Origin: Runella sp.
GTDB lineage: Bacteria > Bacteroidota > Bacteroidia > Cytophagales > Spirosomataceae
Length of the DNA: 31,306 bases
Direction: 5' to 3'
Assembly (NCBI GenBank): GCA_043769455.1
Contig: JAYVJH010000537.1
Span: forward strand, 1 to 31,306
This document shows positions 1 to 9,324 of this stretch, piece after piece (position 1 is the stretch's first letter; each line of letters starts with the position of its first letter). A model generated the notes under the pieces. It was not told the DNA's origin. It ran no database searches and saw nothing but the letters and a program-made list of their open reading frames with translations. Made by a program: the position numbers and the translations under genes.

Positions 1-510
1 ACCGAAGCCAGTCGTTTTTTTGCGAGCAGAGGCTGGGAGTATTTGCAAGAAAGCGAATTGGACACTGCCTGCTATCGGTTCAATTTGGCTTGGCTCTTAG
101 ACAACAAAAACGCTGATGCTTATTGGGGTTTGGGCGTGGTGTGTTATCAAAAAGGCTACCTCACCGATGCCGAACGACTACTCCGAAAAGGCATTGACAT
201 AGACTCTGTAAATGTAGGGTTATTGGTGGACCTAGCAACGGTCGATATGCTGAGTTTTAAAGAAAATAAAGACAACTGGGAACTACTCGAAGCCGACCAG
301 CTATTGGCCAAAGCCATCAGAATAGACAGCACCAACGGCAATATCTACCTCAAAAAAGCGGTTTTAGAATACCATAAAAGCGACTTTGTAGCATCGTGGG
401 CGTATATTCACAAACTCCGAACGATTGACGAAGCACTAATCGACCTTGATTTCGTAAAAGAACTACTCGACTGTAAACCCGACCCAATGGGGTTTTTCCT
501 GAAAAAATAG
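1..510 (+). CDS. TPR-repeat protein, 5'-truncated by the window edge
   Basis: The frame is open from base 1 (TEASRFFASRGWEYLQES...), so the true start lies upstream of the ORF-track start at 43. TPR-like helices: DAYWGLGVVCYQKG..AERLLRKGI, NIYLKKAVLEYHKSDF..SW. Confidence 0.7.
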   Translation, partial: TEASRFFASRGWEYLQESELDTACYRFNLAWLLDNKNADAYWGLGVVCYQKGYLTDAERLLRKGIDIDSVNVGLLVDLATVDMLSFKENKDNWELLEADQLLAKAIRIDSTNGNIYLKKAVLEYHKSDFVASWAYIHKLRTIDEALIDLDFVKELLDCKPDPMGFFLKK

Positions 511-520
511 CGTTAAAAAA

Positions 521-1408
521 CTACTCTCGCTTAAAAACAGGATAGCAAACCACAGCAGCCAATATAATGACTGTGCCGAGGTAAAATCCTGATGTCATTC
601 GCTCGCTTTCTCCAAAAATCAAAAAAGCCAATACAATACCATAAACAGGCTCTAAGTTTACAGTTAAATTAAAAGTAAAAGGGCTGATTATGCGTAGCAA
701 GCCCACTCCAGCCGAATACGCATAGACAGTGCAGACCCAAGCCAATATCAAAATCCAGCCCCATTCTGCTGGGTTGGGTAGTTGGTTGGGTGTTTCTGGA
801 AAAATCAAAACGTAGCCTATCCAGAGCAACCCACTACTGATACAGCCGCCGACCATTTCATAAAAAGTAATGAGCATGGGGTCGTGTTTTTGGGCAAATC
901 GGCTGTTAGCAATCGTAAAAAGTGCCGCCAAAAATGCCGAAAACAAAGCCCAAGCCAAACCTACGGCACGGTCAATTTCAAATCTAAAAATGACATACAA
1001 ACCCACAATCACAATCAAGCCCAGAGATACTTCGAGCAAACTAATTTTTTTGGTGCTAAACAGCGGTGCAAGCAAAGCCGTAAAAAGCGATGTGGTGGCC
1101 ATGCCAGCCAAACAAACGGAGGCATTGGAAGCCCGAGCCGATGCAAAAAAAGCAAACCAATGCAAACCCATCGAGCAGCCCACGAGCAGCAGTTTGAGTG
1201 TTGTTTTGGTATCTAATTTTTTTATTTTTTTGGTCAATATCAAAACCAATGCCAAACCCAAAGCCGCCCACAATGTACGATAAAAAGTAAGGGCTACTGG
1301 TAAAATATTTTTGACTAACAGCCCCAAAATAGCCGTAAATCCCCAAATCAAAACCAAGAAATGCAGATGTAAATAGTCCTTAAAATGAGGTTGTTGTGAA
1401 TTGTTCAT
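521..1408 (-). CDS. EamA/DMT family inner-membrane transporter
   Basis: About 10 TM segments in two repeated halves (LIWGFTAILG; NLEPVYGIVLA). Start moved from 1435 to the ATG at 1408 (MNNSQQ...) because a TAnnTTTG box at 1433-1440 lies just upstream of it. Confidence 0.9.
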   Translation of the reverse strand: MNNSQQPHFKDYLHLHFLVLIWGFTAILGLLVKNILPVALTFYRTLWAALGLALVLILTKKIKKLDTKTTLKLLLVGCSMGLHWFAFFASARASNASVCLAGMATTSLFTALLAPLFSTKKISLLEVSLGLIVIVGLYVIFRFEIDRAVGLAWALFSAFLAALFTIANSRFAQKHDPMLITFYEMVGGCISSGLLWIGYVLIFPETPNQLPNPAEWGWILILAWVCTVYAYSAGVGLLRIISPFTFNLTVNLEPVYGIVLAFLIFGESERMTSGFYLGTVIILAAVVCYPVFKRE

Positions 1409-1432
1409 CAAAAAAAAGATTAGGTATATCAG

Positions 1433-1440
1433 CAAAATTA
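1433..1440 (-). promoter_or_regulatory. Bacteroidota sigma-A -7 box (TAATTTTG) for the EamA gene
   Basis: Exact TAnnTTTG match on the minus strand, ~25 bp upstream of ATG 1408. Confidence 0.55.
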
Positions 1441-1508
1441 CTCAAAAAATGCCATTTACCACTCAATCAACATTCGCTGTTTTAGTAGGTCATACCCAAA
1501 AAAATGAC

Positions 1509-1516
1509 TATTTTTG
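1509..1516 (+). promoter_or_regulatory. Bacteroidota -7 box (TATTTTTG) for glmM
   Basis: Exact TAnnTTTG match in the divergent intergenic region, ~90 bp upstream of glmM. Confidence 0.5.
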
Positions 1517-1605
1517 CCTATTATGTATTGATAGATATTTTTTAAAGAATAATTCTTCAAAAATCTATCATTCTATCATTCAATCACCCAATCACTCAAT
1601 CAACC

Positions 1606-2997
1606 GTGTCTTTAATCAAATCAATATCAGGAATCAGGGGAACAATAGGCGGTCGTACAGGCGACTCACTGACACCACTCGACGTAGTCAAGTTTGCATC
1701 GGCTTATGGTACTTGGCTCAAACGCAACAATGCCGAAAGTACAACGATTGTCATAGGCCGTGATGCCCGCCTGTCAGGCGAAATGGTTTCTAAACTTGTG
1801 GCCGCTACACTACAAGGGCTGGGCTTTGATGTCATTGATTTGGGGCTTTCTACAACCCCAACTGTCGAGGTAGCCGTACCTATTGAAGCCGCCGCTGGAG
1901 GTATAATCCTGACGGCCAGCCATAACCCCGTGCAGTGGAATGCACTTAAATTGCTCAACTCAAAAGGTGAGTTTATATCGGCACAAGATGGTGAAGAAGT
2001 ATTAGCGATAGCCGAAAACGAAGATTTTGACTTTGTAGATGTCCGAAAATTAGGTACTTATACCCAAAACGATACTTATCTGCAAAAACATATTGATATG
2101 GTATTGGCATTGCCATTGGTCGATGTGGCGGCTATCGGTGGGCGAGATTTCAAAATAGCAGTCGATGCCGTCAATTCGACAGGTGGTATTGTTGTACCGA
2201 TGTTGTTGGAGGCATTGGGTGTAAAAAAAGAAAATATCACACTCGTACACTGCGACCCAACAGGCGACTTTGCTCACAACCCCGAGCCATTGCCCGAAAA
2301 TTTGACCGATATTATTAGAGAAATCACTCGTGGCGACTATGACTTGGGCGTAGTTGTGGACCCAGATGTGGACAGACTGGCACTAATCTGTGAAGATGGC
2401 TCGGCTTTTGGCGAAGAATATACATTGGTGGCTGTGGCCGATTATGTACTCAAAAACAAAGTTGGCAATACAGTTTCAAATCTCTCATCGACAGGTGCAT
2501 TACGAGATATTACCGTCAAGGCGGGAGGCCAATACAAGGCTTCGGCTGTGGGCGAGGTCAATGTTGTGGAGATGATGAAAGCGACCAATGCCGTAATTGG
2601 CGGCGAAGGCAATGGCGGCGTTATTTATCCCGAACTACACTATGGCCGTGATTCGCTGGTAGGTATTGCACTGTTTTTGAGCCACTTGGCCAAATTTGGC
2701 CGCTCAGTTTCGATGTTAAGACATGGTTATCCAAATTATTATATTTCTAAAAACAAAATAGAACTCACGCCCGACATTGACGTAGATGATGTATTGGTGC
2801 AGATTCAAAAAAAATACGCCAAGCAGCCAATCAATACCATTGATGGTGTAAAAATCGAATTTGATAAAGAATGGGTACACCTACGCAAGTCCAACACCGA
2901 GCCAATTATTCGTATTTATTCAGAATCTGAGTCAGAGGCAACTGCCGAGCATTTGGCCCAAAAACTCATTTCAGATATTAAAGAAATTATTTCTTAA
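1606..2997 (+). CDS. glmM: Phosphoglucosamine mutase (alpha-D-phosphohexomutase family)
   Basis: GTG start. SISGIRGT N-terminus, phosphoserine motif TASHNP, metal loop DPDVDR, sugar-binding GEGNGG, C-terminal RKSNTEP. Confidence 0.85.
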   Translation: MSLIKSISGIRGTIGGRTGDSLTPLDVVKFASAYGTWLKRNNAESTTIVIGRDARLSGEMVSKLVAATLQGLGFDVIDLGLSTTPTVEVAVPIEAAAGGIILTASHNPVQWNALKLLNSKGEFISAQDGEEVLAIAENEDFDFVDVRKLGTYTQNDTYLQKHIDMVLALPLVDVAAIGGRDFKIAVDAVNSTGGIVVPMLLEALGVKKENITLVHCDPTGDFAHNPEPLPENLTDIIREITRGDYDLGVVVDPDVDRLALICEDGSAFGEEYTLVAVADYVLKNKVGNTVSNLSSTGALRDITVKAGGQYKASAVGEVNVVEMMKATNAVIGGEGNGGVIYPELHYGRDSLVGIALFLSHLAKFGRSVSMLRHGYPNYYISKNKIELTPDIDVDDVLVQIQKKYAKQPINTIDGVKIEFDKEWVHLRKSNTEPIIRIYSESESEATAEHLAQKLISDIKEIIS

Positions 2998-3063
2998 AAA
3001 ACAGCACGAAAAACAAATAGTAGTCCGAAAAAGTAACATTGTAACATTTTTTATGTAAAAAAC

Positions 3064-3906
3064 ATGAAAGCAAAATATGTAAATCCATTTACTGACTTTG
3101 GTTTTAAAAAAATTTTTGGCGAAGAAGCAAGTAAACCCCTACTCATTGATTTCTTGACAAATTTATTGCCTGAAACCAATATTGTGGACTTGACTTTTAA
3201 GGATAAAGATAAACTTGGTGAAACAGAAGAAGATAGAAAAGCTATCTATGACATTTATTGTGAGAATAATTTGGGCGAAAAAATAATTATTGAACTACAA
3301 AAAGCAAAGCAAAATTATTTTAAAGACCGAACAGTTTACTATTCAACTTTTCCAATTCAAGAACAAGCAGAAAAAGGTGAGTGGAACTACCTACTAAAAT
3401 ATGTGTATTGTATTGGTATTTTAGATTTTAAATTTGACGAAAAAGTAAAATCAGGACAGGGTGAAGTAATTCATACCGTCCAATTGAAAGACCAAAATAA
3501 CAAAGTATTTTATGAAAAATTGAAGTTTGTTTATTTGGAAATGCCCCATTTTACTAACGAAGAGTATGAACTAGAAACACGTTTAGACAAATGGTTATAC
3601 TTCATCAGACACTTAGAGGATTTTCAAAGTATTCCTGAAATATTTAAAGACGAGGTGTTTATTCAAGCCTTTGAAAAAGCAGAAATTGCAAAGTACAGTG
3701 AAGAGGAACGAGAAAGTTATCAGCAAAGTTTAAAGAATTTTAGAGATAACAAAGCTGTCTATGAATATGCAATAGATACTGCTTTTGATGATGGCCAAGT
3801 CCAACGAACGCTGGAAATTGCGAAGACTGGCAAACTGATGGGATTATCAATCGACAACTTAATCAAATTGACAGGTTTAACAAGTGCTGAGATTGATAAT
3901 TTATGA
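3064..3906 (+). CDS. Rpn-family recombination-promoting nuclease / PD-(D/E)XK putative transposase
   Basis: Signature NPFTDFGFKKIFG, D..YDIYCEN..GEKIIIELQK, LEMP, and a short C-terminal tail (GLSIDNLIKLTGL). Its stop overlaps the sbcD start (ATGA, 3903-3906). Confidence 0.88.
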   Translation: MKAKYVNPFTDFGFKKIFGEEASKPLLIDFLTNLLPETNIVDLTFKDKDKLGETEEDRKAIYDIYCENNLGEKIIIELQKAKQNYFKDRTVYYSTFPIQEQAEKGEWNYLLKYVYCIGILDFKFDEKVKSGQGEVIHTVQLKDQNNKVFYEKLKFVYLEMPHFTNEEYELETRLDKWLYFIRHLEDFQSIPEIFKDEVFIQAFEKAEIAKYSEEERESYQQSLKNFRDNKAVYEYAIDTAFDDGQVQRTLEIAKTGKLMGLSIDNLIKLTGLTSAEIDNL

Positions 3907-5144
3907 AAATCCTACATACTGCCGACTGGCATTTGGGTAAAAAATTAGAAAACTGCTCTCGATTGAACGAGCAAAGGCTGGTTTTAGACGAAATCTGCGA
4001 CATTGCCCACACTCAAAACGTTGATGCGGTCATTGTAGCAGGCGATTTGTTCGACAACTTCAATCCTTCTGCCGAAGCGCAAGAACTATTATATTCGACA
4101 CTTTTTAGACTGTCTGACGGTGGGCGGCGGTTGGTTGTGGCCATTGCTGGCAACCACGATTCGCCCGAGCGCATCGAAGTACCCGATGCTTTTGCTCGTA
4201 TTTGCGGTATTTTGTTTGTAGGCTATCCCAATGCCGACATCAAGCCTTTTGAAACAGAGCATGGAGTCAAAATGACCAAATCTGACAAAGGTTTTGCAGA
4301 GTTTCAGTTGCCCCGTTGTGAATTTCCGCTAAGGCTTTTATTGACACCCTACACCAACGAAATACGCCTCAAAACATACCTCAAAGACGAAGATTCAGAG
4401 GAAAGTCTGCGGCAGGTATTGGCCAAACACTGGCAAAACTTAGCCGATGTTTATTGTGATGTTTTGGGGGTCAATATGCTCGTTACGCACTTATACATGA
4501 TGCAAGAACACGACCCCAGCCCCCCCGAAGAACCCGACGATGAGCGGCCAATATTGCACGTGGGCGGAGCGCAGGCGGTGTTTGCAACCAACGTGCCGAC
4601 ACAAATACAATATGTGGCTTTGGGGCATTTGCACAGATTTCAGACCATTGCACGGCAGCCTTGCCCGATGGTATATAGCAGTAGCCCGCTGGCATATAGT
4701 TTTGCCGAAGCCAATCAGGTCAAAAACATAGTAATTATTGAGGCCAATCCTTCGCAGCCTGTCAGTTATAGTGCCGTGCCGCTTGGTGCTGGTAAGCCGC
4801 TGTTGAGAGGCCGTTTTGACAACGTAAACGAGGCTTTGGCATGGCTGACCGATAACCAAAATGCGTGGGTACAACTGACGATGGTAACAGAAAACTATTT
4901 GGAAGCGGCAGATAAAAAACGACTTATTGCCGCTCACGAAGGCTTGATTGGGATTATTCCAGAAATAAAAAATAGTAAAAAAGTCATTACTTTCTCACAA
5001 TCTGCTGATTTACAGGCACAAACGATGGAAGAGATATTTGTCGATTATTTTAAGACCCGTAAAGAAAGCGCAGGACAGGCCCCGTCAGAGGGTTTGTTGG
5101 CATTGTTCAAAGAAATAGTAGCTACCGAAACTGATAATATATAA
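3903..5144 (+). CDS. sbcD: Exonuclease SbcCD subunit D (Mre11-like metallophosphoesterase)
   Basis: Motifs HTADWHLG, AGDLFD, AGNHDS, ALGHLH, YSSSPL; sbcC lies downstream. Confidence 0.93.
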   Translation: MKILHTADWHLGKKLENCSRLNEQRLVLDEICDIAHTQNVDAVIVAGDLFDNFNPSAEAQELLYSTLFRLSDGGRRLVVAIAGNHDSPERIEVPDAFARICGILFVGYPNADIKPFETEHGVKMTKSDKGFAEFQLPRCEFPLRLLLTPYTNEIRLKTYLKDEDSEESLRQVLAKHWQNLADVYCDVLGVNMLVTHLYMMQEHDPSPPEEPDDERPILHVGGAQAVFATNVPTQIQYVALGHLHRFQTIARQPCPMVYSSSPLAYSFAEANQVKNIVIIEANPSQPVSYSAVPLGAGKPLLRGRFDNVNEALAWLTDNQNAWVQLTMVTENYLEAADKKRLIAAHEGLIGIIPEIKNSKKVITFSQSADLQAQTMEEIFVDYFKTRKESAGQAPSEGLLALFKEIVATETDNI

Positions 5145-5239
5145 ATAGCACTGGTAATTTGAAATTGAAAAGGTATTATCCAATAAGGGTAAGTAAAGTT
5201 AGAATGATAGGAGTAGATAAATTAGAATTTCAAATCTCG

Positions 5240-5247
5240 TATCTTTG
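5240..5247 (+). promoter_or_regulatory. Bacteroidota -7 box (TATCTTTG) for the 64-aa gene
   Basis: Exact TAnnTTTG match 16 bp upstream of ATG 5264. Confidence 0.55.
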
Positions 5248-5263
5248 ATAAAATAACAATACT

Positions 5264-5458
5264 ATGCAGAGAAAAATTGTAATGGTAGCCAAGCAAATCG
5301 GATTGAAAGATACGAATCAAGAAATGGCAGACTTAGATTATTGGCTATCTAAAACACCCCAAGAAAGATTACGAGCCGTTACGATACTCATACGCCAAAA
5401 TATGATAGTTGGGCAAAGAATGGATAAAACAGTAGCTTCAAAACGCCTAATGAAATGA
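5264..5458 (+). CDS. Small hypothetical protein (64 aa); type usually paired with a nucleotidyltransferase gene
   Basis: Own -7 box. The DLDYWLSKTPQERLRAV motif is one I recall from small genes preceding nucleotidyltransferase genes. Its stop overlaps a downstream ATG (ATGA). Confidence 0.65.
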   Translation: MQRKIVMVAKQIGLKDTNQEMADLDYWLSKTPQERLRAVTILIRQNMIVGQRMDKTVASKRLMK

Positions 5459-5496
5459 CTCTTGACCCTGACTTTGAGGATTTTATACGATTTTAG
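5455..5496 (+). pseudogene. 5' stub of a probable nucleotidyltransferase gene (MTLDPDFEDFIRF*)
   Basis: Coupled ATGA start. The 13 codons resemble the M-x-L-x-x-D-F-x-(D/E)-F-I N-terminus of Bacteroidota nucleotidyltransferases (recognised from memory). The stop coincides with the edge of an inverted-repeat element. Confidence 0.5.
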
Positions 5497-5601
5497 GTAT
5501 GTATTCAAAAGTAATACGGTGTCTTAATTCTAATAACTTGCTGATTTACAGCATTGTATTTAACTCACGACACCGTACTATGTACTCACGACTACTTAAA
5601 A
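5491..5601. repeat. ~110-bp element with nested inverted repeats and an internal direct repeat (MITE/IS-scar-like)
   Basis: TACGGTGTC (5515-5523) / GACACCGTA (5569-5577) is a perfect IR. TTTTAGGTA (5491-5499) / TACTTAAAA (5593-5601) is an 8/9 IR. ACTCACGAC occurs at 5563 and 5584. Confidence 0.35.
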
Positions 5602-5659
5602 ACCCTACAACGACCGAAATAATTGGGGCTGCTTAATTTGCAAATATATCTCTACCATC

Positions 5660-8600
5660 ATGATTCCTATAAAACTAACGCTCAAAGGTATTCATTCCTA
5701 TCGTGAAACCCAGACTATTGAGTTTGACAAACTAACCGAAGCAGGTCTTTTTGGTATTTTTGGTAAAGTAGGTAGTGGCAAATCTACAATTCTCGAAGCC
5801 ATTAGTTTTGTGCTTTTTGGCAAGCGAGAACGAGCCAGTAACTATGACTTGTTTAACTTACGGTCGGATAAACTACTGATTGACTTTGAATGTAGGGCTG
5901 GGCGAGACAATAATCTGTATCGGTTTGTGGCCGATGGGCGACGCAACGGCAAGCAATTTGAAAAAGTATCGATGGACAGACGGGCATATCAATGGCTGAC
6001 CGAACTCAAAGACTGGTCGCCGATTGAGTATGAAGACCCCGCCGAAAAAATTATTGGTCTGAGTTACGATAATTTTAAACGGACGATAATAATTCCACAA
6101 GGTCGCTTTCAAGATTTTATTGATTTGGGCGACACAGAGCGTACCAAAATGCTCAAAGAGTTGTTTAAACTCGAACGCTTTGATTTGTCGAAACAGTTGG
6201 CTGCCGTCAAGAGCCAAAACAAAGACCAACTTACTGAAAATCAGGCTCGAATAGATGCAATCGGTGATGTGTCGGAAGAGGTAATTGCCCAAAAAATACA
6301 CGACCTTAAAATAACCAAAGAACTGTTTTTGATAGAAAGCAAGACCCTCAGCCAACTACAAAAACAAGCTACTGAACTGACAGAACTACGGCTGAACATT
6401 GATAAATTAAACCAAGAAAAAGAAAAAGTAGATAGGTTGAACCTACAAAAGCCGTTTTTTGAGGCTCGGAAACAAGTTTTGAAAGACTATGAATTTTGTG
6501 CTACTAATTTCAAATCAATTATAGATCGTAGAGCCGACTACGCCAAAAACTTAAACCAAGACCAAACTAAACTCAACACAAAGGCTGCAGATTTTAAAAC
6601 GATTCAGGGGCAGTTAGCCATTCAACAAAAAAATATAGAAACGCTGCGGCCGCAATATGAAACACGGCAAAGACTTAAAGATGAAGCACTTGAACTCAGT
6701 AAAATTATTGACATAAAGAAAAAAAATGACCAAAAAACAGATATAGACAAACGCATTGCCAAAGGTGAAACACTACTAACTGAAAAAAACGAAGCTATCA
6801 AACAGCGACAAGCTACACTCAATATATTACAAACACAACTTCAAAAAAACAAAGCCGACCTACCAGATGTACTGCAACTGTCGGAAATAAAAACATGGTT
6901 TGCCCAAGCTAAAAATTGGGCCGATGCCCGAAAAAAATTAAAAGATGAGGCCGATGGCTTGCTCAAAAAACAAGAAACAGAATACCTAAATATAACAAAT
7001 GCCGTGTTTTATGAACAGTCAAACTTGGTTGCAGATATGCCACAGGGTACGACAACGGCGGTAGTGATTGAAGCACTGAAAGTGATTCAGGCTACCAAAA
7101 AACAAGAAATTGTGGCCTTAGACCAGTCGTTACTGTACCTAAATACTCAAAAAGCCTTACAGCAATATGCCGATGGGCTGGCCGATGGCAAGCCGTGTCC
7201 GTTGTGTGGCTCTGTGCATCACCCGAGTAGTCTTAGTTCGTCTGAAAATTTTGATAATCAAACGATTACGATAAAAAAACAACGAGCAGACTTACAAAAT
7301 CTAACAGATTTTATTGTCAAAGCGATTGGTAAAATAGAAAATAGTCAAGTAAAATTAGACGAAATAGCCCAACGTAAAAATGAAATAAAACAAGAATGGG
7401 CAACTCAAACAAACGAAATAGAGCAACATAAGCAGGCGTTTGTTTGGCAGCCGTTGTTTAGTGCCGACCAGCCCGAAGCCGTTGAAAAGGCATTTGCCGA
7501 GGCCAAAAATAAAAAAAATGATGTTGAGCGTTTGGAAAAAATCATCGAAACCGAAGCCAAAGCAATAGAAACAGAAAAAGAAACGATTAGTAAATACGAA
7601 AAGCCGATTGCTGAGTTGCGCTTAGAATCTGCGGGTTTGCAGTCGGTTATGGAATCGTTGCTGGGGCAGTTGCAAAAATTAAATTTTCAAGATTTTGTAG
7701 AAACAAACACTGAAACGCTGACTCAAAAACAGACAGAATTAGACCAGAAATACAAAAAAATTACTTTAGATTTTGAACAGTTAGACAATGTCATCAAGGT
7801 ACAAACCAATGCCAAAAGCAGCTTGGAGGGCGAGCTGAAAATATTGGACGATTCGGTAAAAAACAATACGGCAGAGTTAGCGAAAATCAAGGCCACATTA
7901 TCTGAAAAAATAATAGAAGCTGGTTTTGAATCTGAGCAAACGATTACCGATATTTTGGCTCAACGACTAAATATAGACTTGGAACGCACTGATATTCAGA
8001 CTTTTGAACAAAATATAAAACTGGCAGATCTTGCCCTGACAAATTTAAAACTATTGGTAAACAACCAAACGATAAATGCTGAACAAGAGGCCGAAGTAAA
8101 AAATAATGTGATAGAACTGGAACTGAAAATATCGGAATTACAAAAAACAGAAGGTGGTCTCAACACAGAATTAACATCGCTACAAACTCGGTTTGGCCTA
8201 CAAAAAGAACTACAAGCGGTCCGTAAAAAAGTAGAAGCCCGCCAAACAGACATTAACTTGATTGATACGTTGTTTAGGTCAAACGGTTTTGTTAATTATG
8301 TGTCGTCTGTCTATTTGCAAAATTTGTGCAACCAAGCCAATGAGCGTTTTTATAGAATGACACGCCAGCAGTTACAACTCGAAATTTACCAAAAAGACGG
8401 CAAATATGACTTTCAAGTCAGAGATTTGCTCAACGATGGCCGCACACGGGCGTTGAGTTCGTTGTCGGGTGGGCAGAAGTTTCAGGCTTCGTTGTCGTTG
8501 GCTTTGGCCTTGGCCGACAGTATTCATACCCAAAACGAAATGAAAGAAAATTTCTTTTTCTTGGACGAAGGTTTTGGGTCGTTAGACAAAGACTCGTTAC

Positions 8601-8749
8601 AAGTGGTTTTTGAAACTCTCAAATCGTTGCGCCGAGAAAACCGTATTGTGGGCATTATCTCGCACGTCGAAGACTTACAACAAGAAATCGACCGTTATTT
8701 AGTTGTTACAAACGACGAAGAATTGGGTAGTTTGGTGGCGGTGTACTAA
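5660..8749 (+). CDS. sbcC: Exonuclease SbcCD subunit C (Rad50-like SMC ATPase)
   Basis: Walker A GKVGSGKST, long coiled coil, zinc hook CPLCGS, signature LSGGQ, Walker B FFLDEGFGSLD, H-loop IISH. Confidence 0.95.
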   Translation: MIPIKLTLKGIHSYRETQTIEFDKLTEAGLFGIFGKVGSGKSTILEAISFVLFGKRERASNYDLFNLRSDKLLIDFECRAGRDNNLYRFVADGRRNGKQFEKVSMDRRAYQWLTELKDWSPIEYEDPAEKIIGLSYDNFKRTIIIPQGRFQDFIDLGDTERTKMLKELFKLERFDLSKQLAAVKSQNKDQLTENQARIDAIGDVSEEVIAQKIHDLKITKELFLIESKTLSQLQKQATELTELRLNIDKLNQEKEKVDRLNLQKPFFEARKQVLKDYEFCATNFKSIIDRRADYAKNLNQDQTKLNTKAADFKTIQGQLAIQQKNIETLRPQYETRQRLKDEALELSKIIDIKKKNDQKTDIDKRIAKGETLLTEKNEAIKQRQATLNILQTQLQKNKADLPDVLQLSEIKTWFAQAKNWADARKKLKDEADGLLKKQETEYLNITNAVFYEQSNLVADMPQGTTTAVVIEALKVIQATKKQEIVALDQSLLYLNTQKALQQYADGLADGKPCPLCGSVHHPSSLSSSENFDNQTITIKKQRADLQNLTDFIVKAIGKIENSQVKLDEIAQRKNEIKQEWATQTNEIEQHKQAFVWQPLFSADQPEAVEKAFAEAKNKKNDVERLEKIIETEAKAIETEKETISKYEKPIAELRLESAGLQSVMESLLGQLQKLNFQDFVETNTETLTQKQTELDQKYKKITLDFEQLDNVIKVQTNAKSSLEGELKILDDSVKNNTAELAKIKATLSEKIIEAGFESEQTITDILAQRLNIDLERTDIQTFEQNIKLADLALTNLKLLVNNQTINAEQEAEVKNNVIELELKISELQKTEGGLNTELTSLQTRFGLQKELQAVRKKVEARQTDINLIDTLFRSNGFVNYVSSVYLQNLCNQANERFYRMTRQQLQLEIYQKDGKYDFQVRDLLNDGRTRALSSLSGGQKFQASLSLALALADSIHTQNEMKENFFFLDEGFGSLDKDSLQVVFETLKSLRRENRIVGIISHVEDLQQEIDRYLVVTNDEELGSLVAVY

Positions 8750-8769
8750 GTGCTGCGAATCTCTGATTA

Positions 8770-9180
8770 TTAGGGTTTTAAATTATCTTTCTCTCGTAGA
8801 TATTTTGCCTCTATCTCAGCCTTTTCTTTTTCTGCTTGGCATAGTTTGAGTTCAAGTTGTAGTTTTTCTATTTGGTGCTGTGCTTCACGAGAATCATAAT
8901 TATTATTAGCTGTTTGGCCACCATTGTTTGTCCCTGTTACTACTTGCGGTGTGCTGCATTGGTCAAAAAAATTAGAGACAGTCTTTCCAAATTCCTCAAT
9001 ATCTTCTTTAGAAATACCGAACTCTTCGGCTATTTGCGCTATGCGCTCATCGCTTGGTTCAGTTTTGCCACGTTCAATATCTCCATAAGCTAATCGAGAA
9101 ATACCTATCATGTTAGCCATATTTTCTTGTGAAAGTCCTTTGATAGTTCTCAGAAATCTAATTTTTTCTCCTGTTTTCAT
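8770..9180 (-). CDS. XRE-family helix-turn-helix transcriptional regulator
   Basis: HTH_3 pattern KIRFLRTIKGLSQENMANMIGISRLAYGDIERG plus a C-terminal coiled coil. Divergent from the peptide operon. Confidence 0.9.
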   Translation of the reverse strand: MKTGEKIRFLRTIKGLSQENMANMIGISRLAYGDIERGKTEPSDERIAQIAEEFGISKEDIEEFGKTVSNFFDQCSTPQVVTGTNNGGQTANNNYDSREAQHQIEKLQLELKLCQAEKEKAEIEAKYLREKDNLKP

Positions 9181-9188
9181 AGTTTGTG

Positions 9189-9224
9189 CAAAATGTATAG
9201 TGGTTGGTTTACAAAATGTATAGT
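9189..9224. promoter_or_regulatory. Perfect 13-bp direct repeat CAAAATGTATAGT (candidate operator)
   Basis: Copies at 9189-9201 and 9212-9224 (23-bp period), directly upstream of the XRE start in the divergent promoter region. Confidence 0.5.
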
Positions 9225-9324
9225 ATTGAAAAGATGATAAAAATAATAAAAATTATCACATTTGTCTCAGTAAATTATTTGTTACAAAATTAAATCATTT
9301 TTCACATTAAAACTTGTAAATAGT

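Noticed and set aside
3000-3910. Rpn gene as an autonomous IS element
   Set aside because: No terminal inverted repeats or target duplication seen, and the gene is coupled to sbcD.
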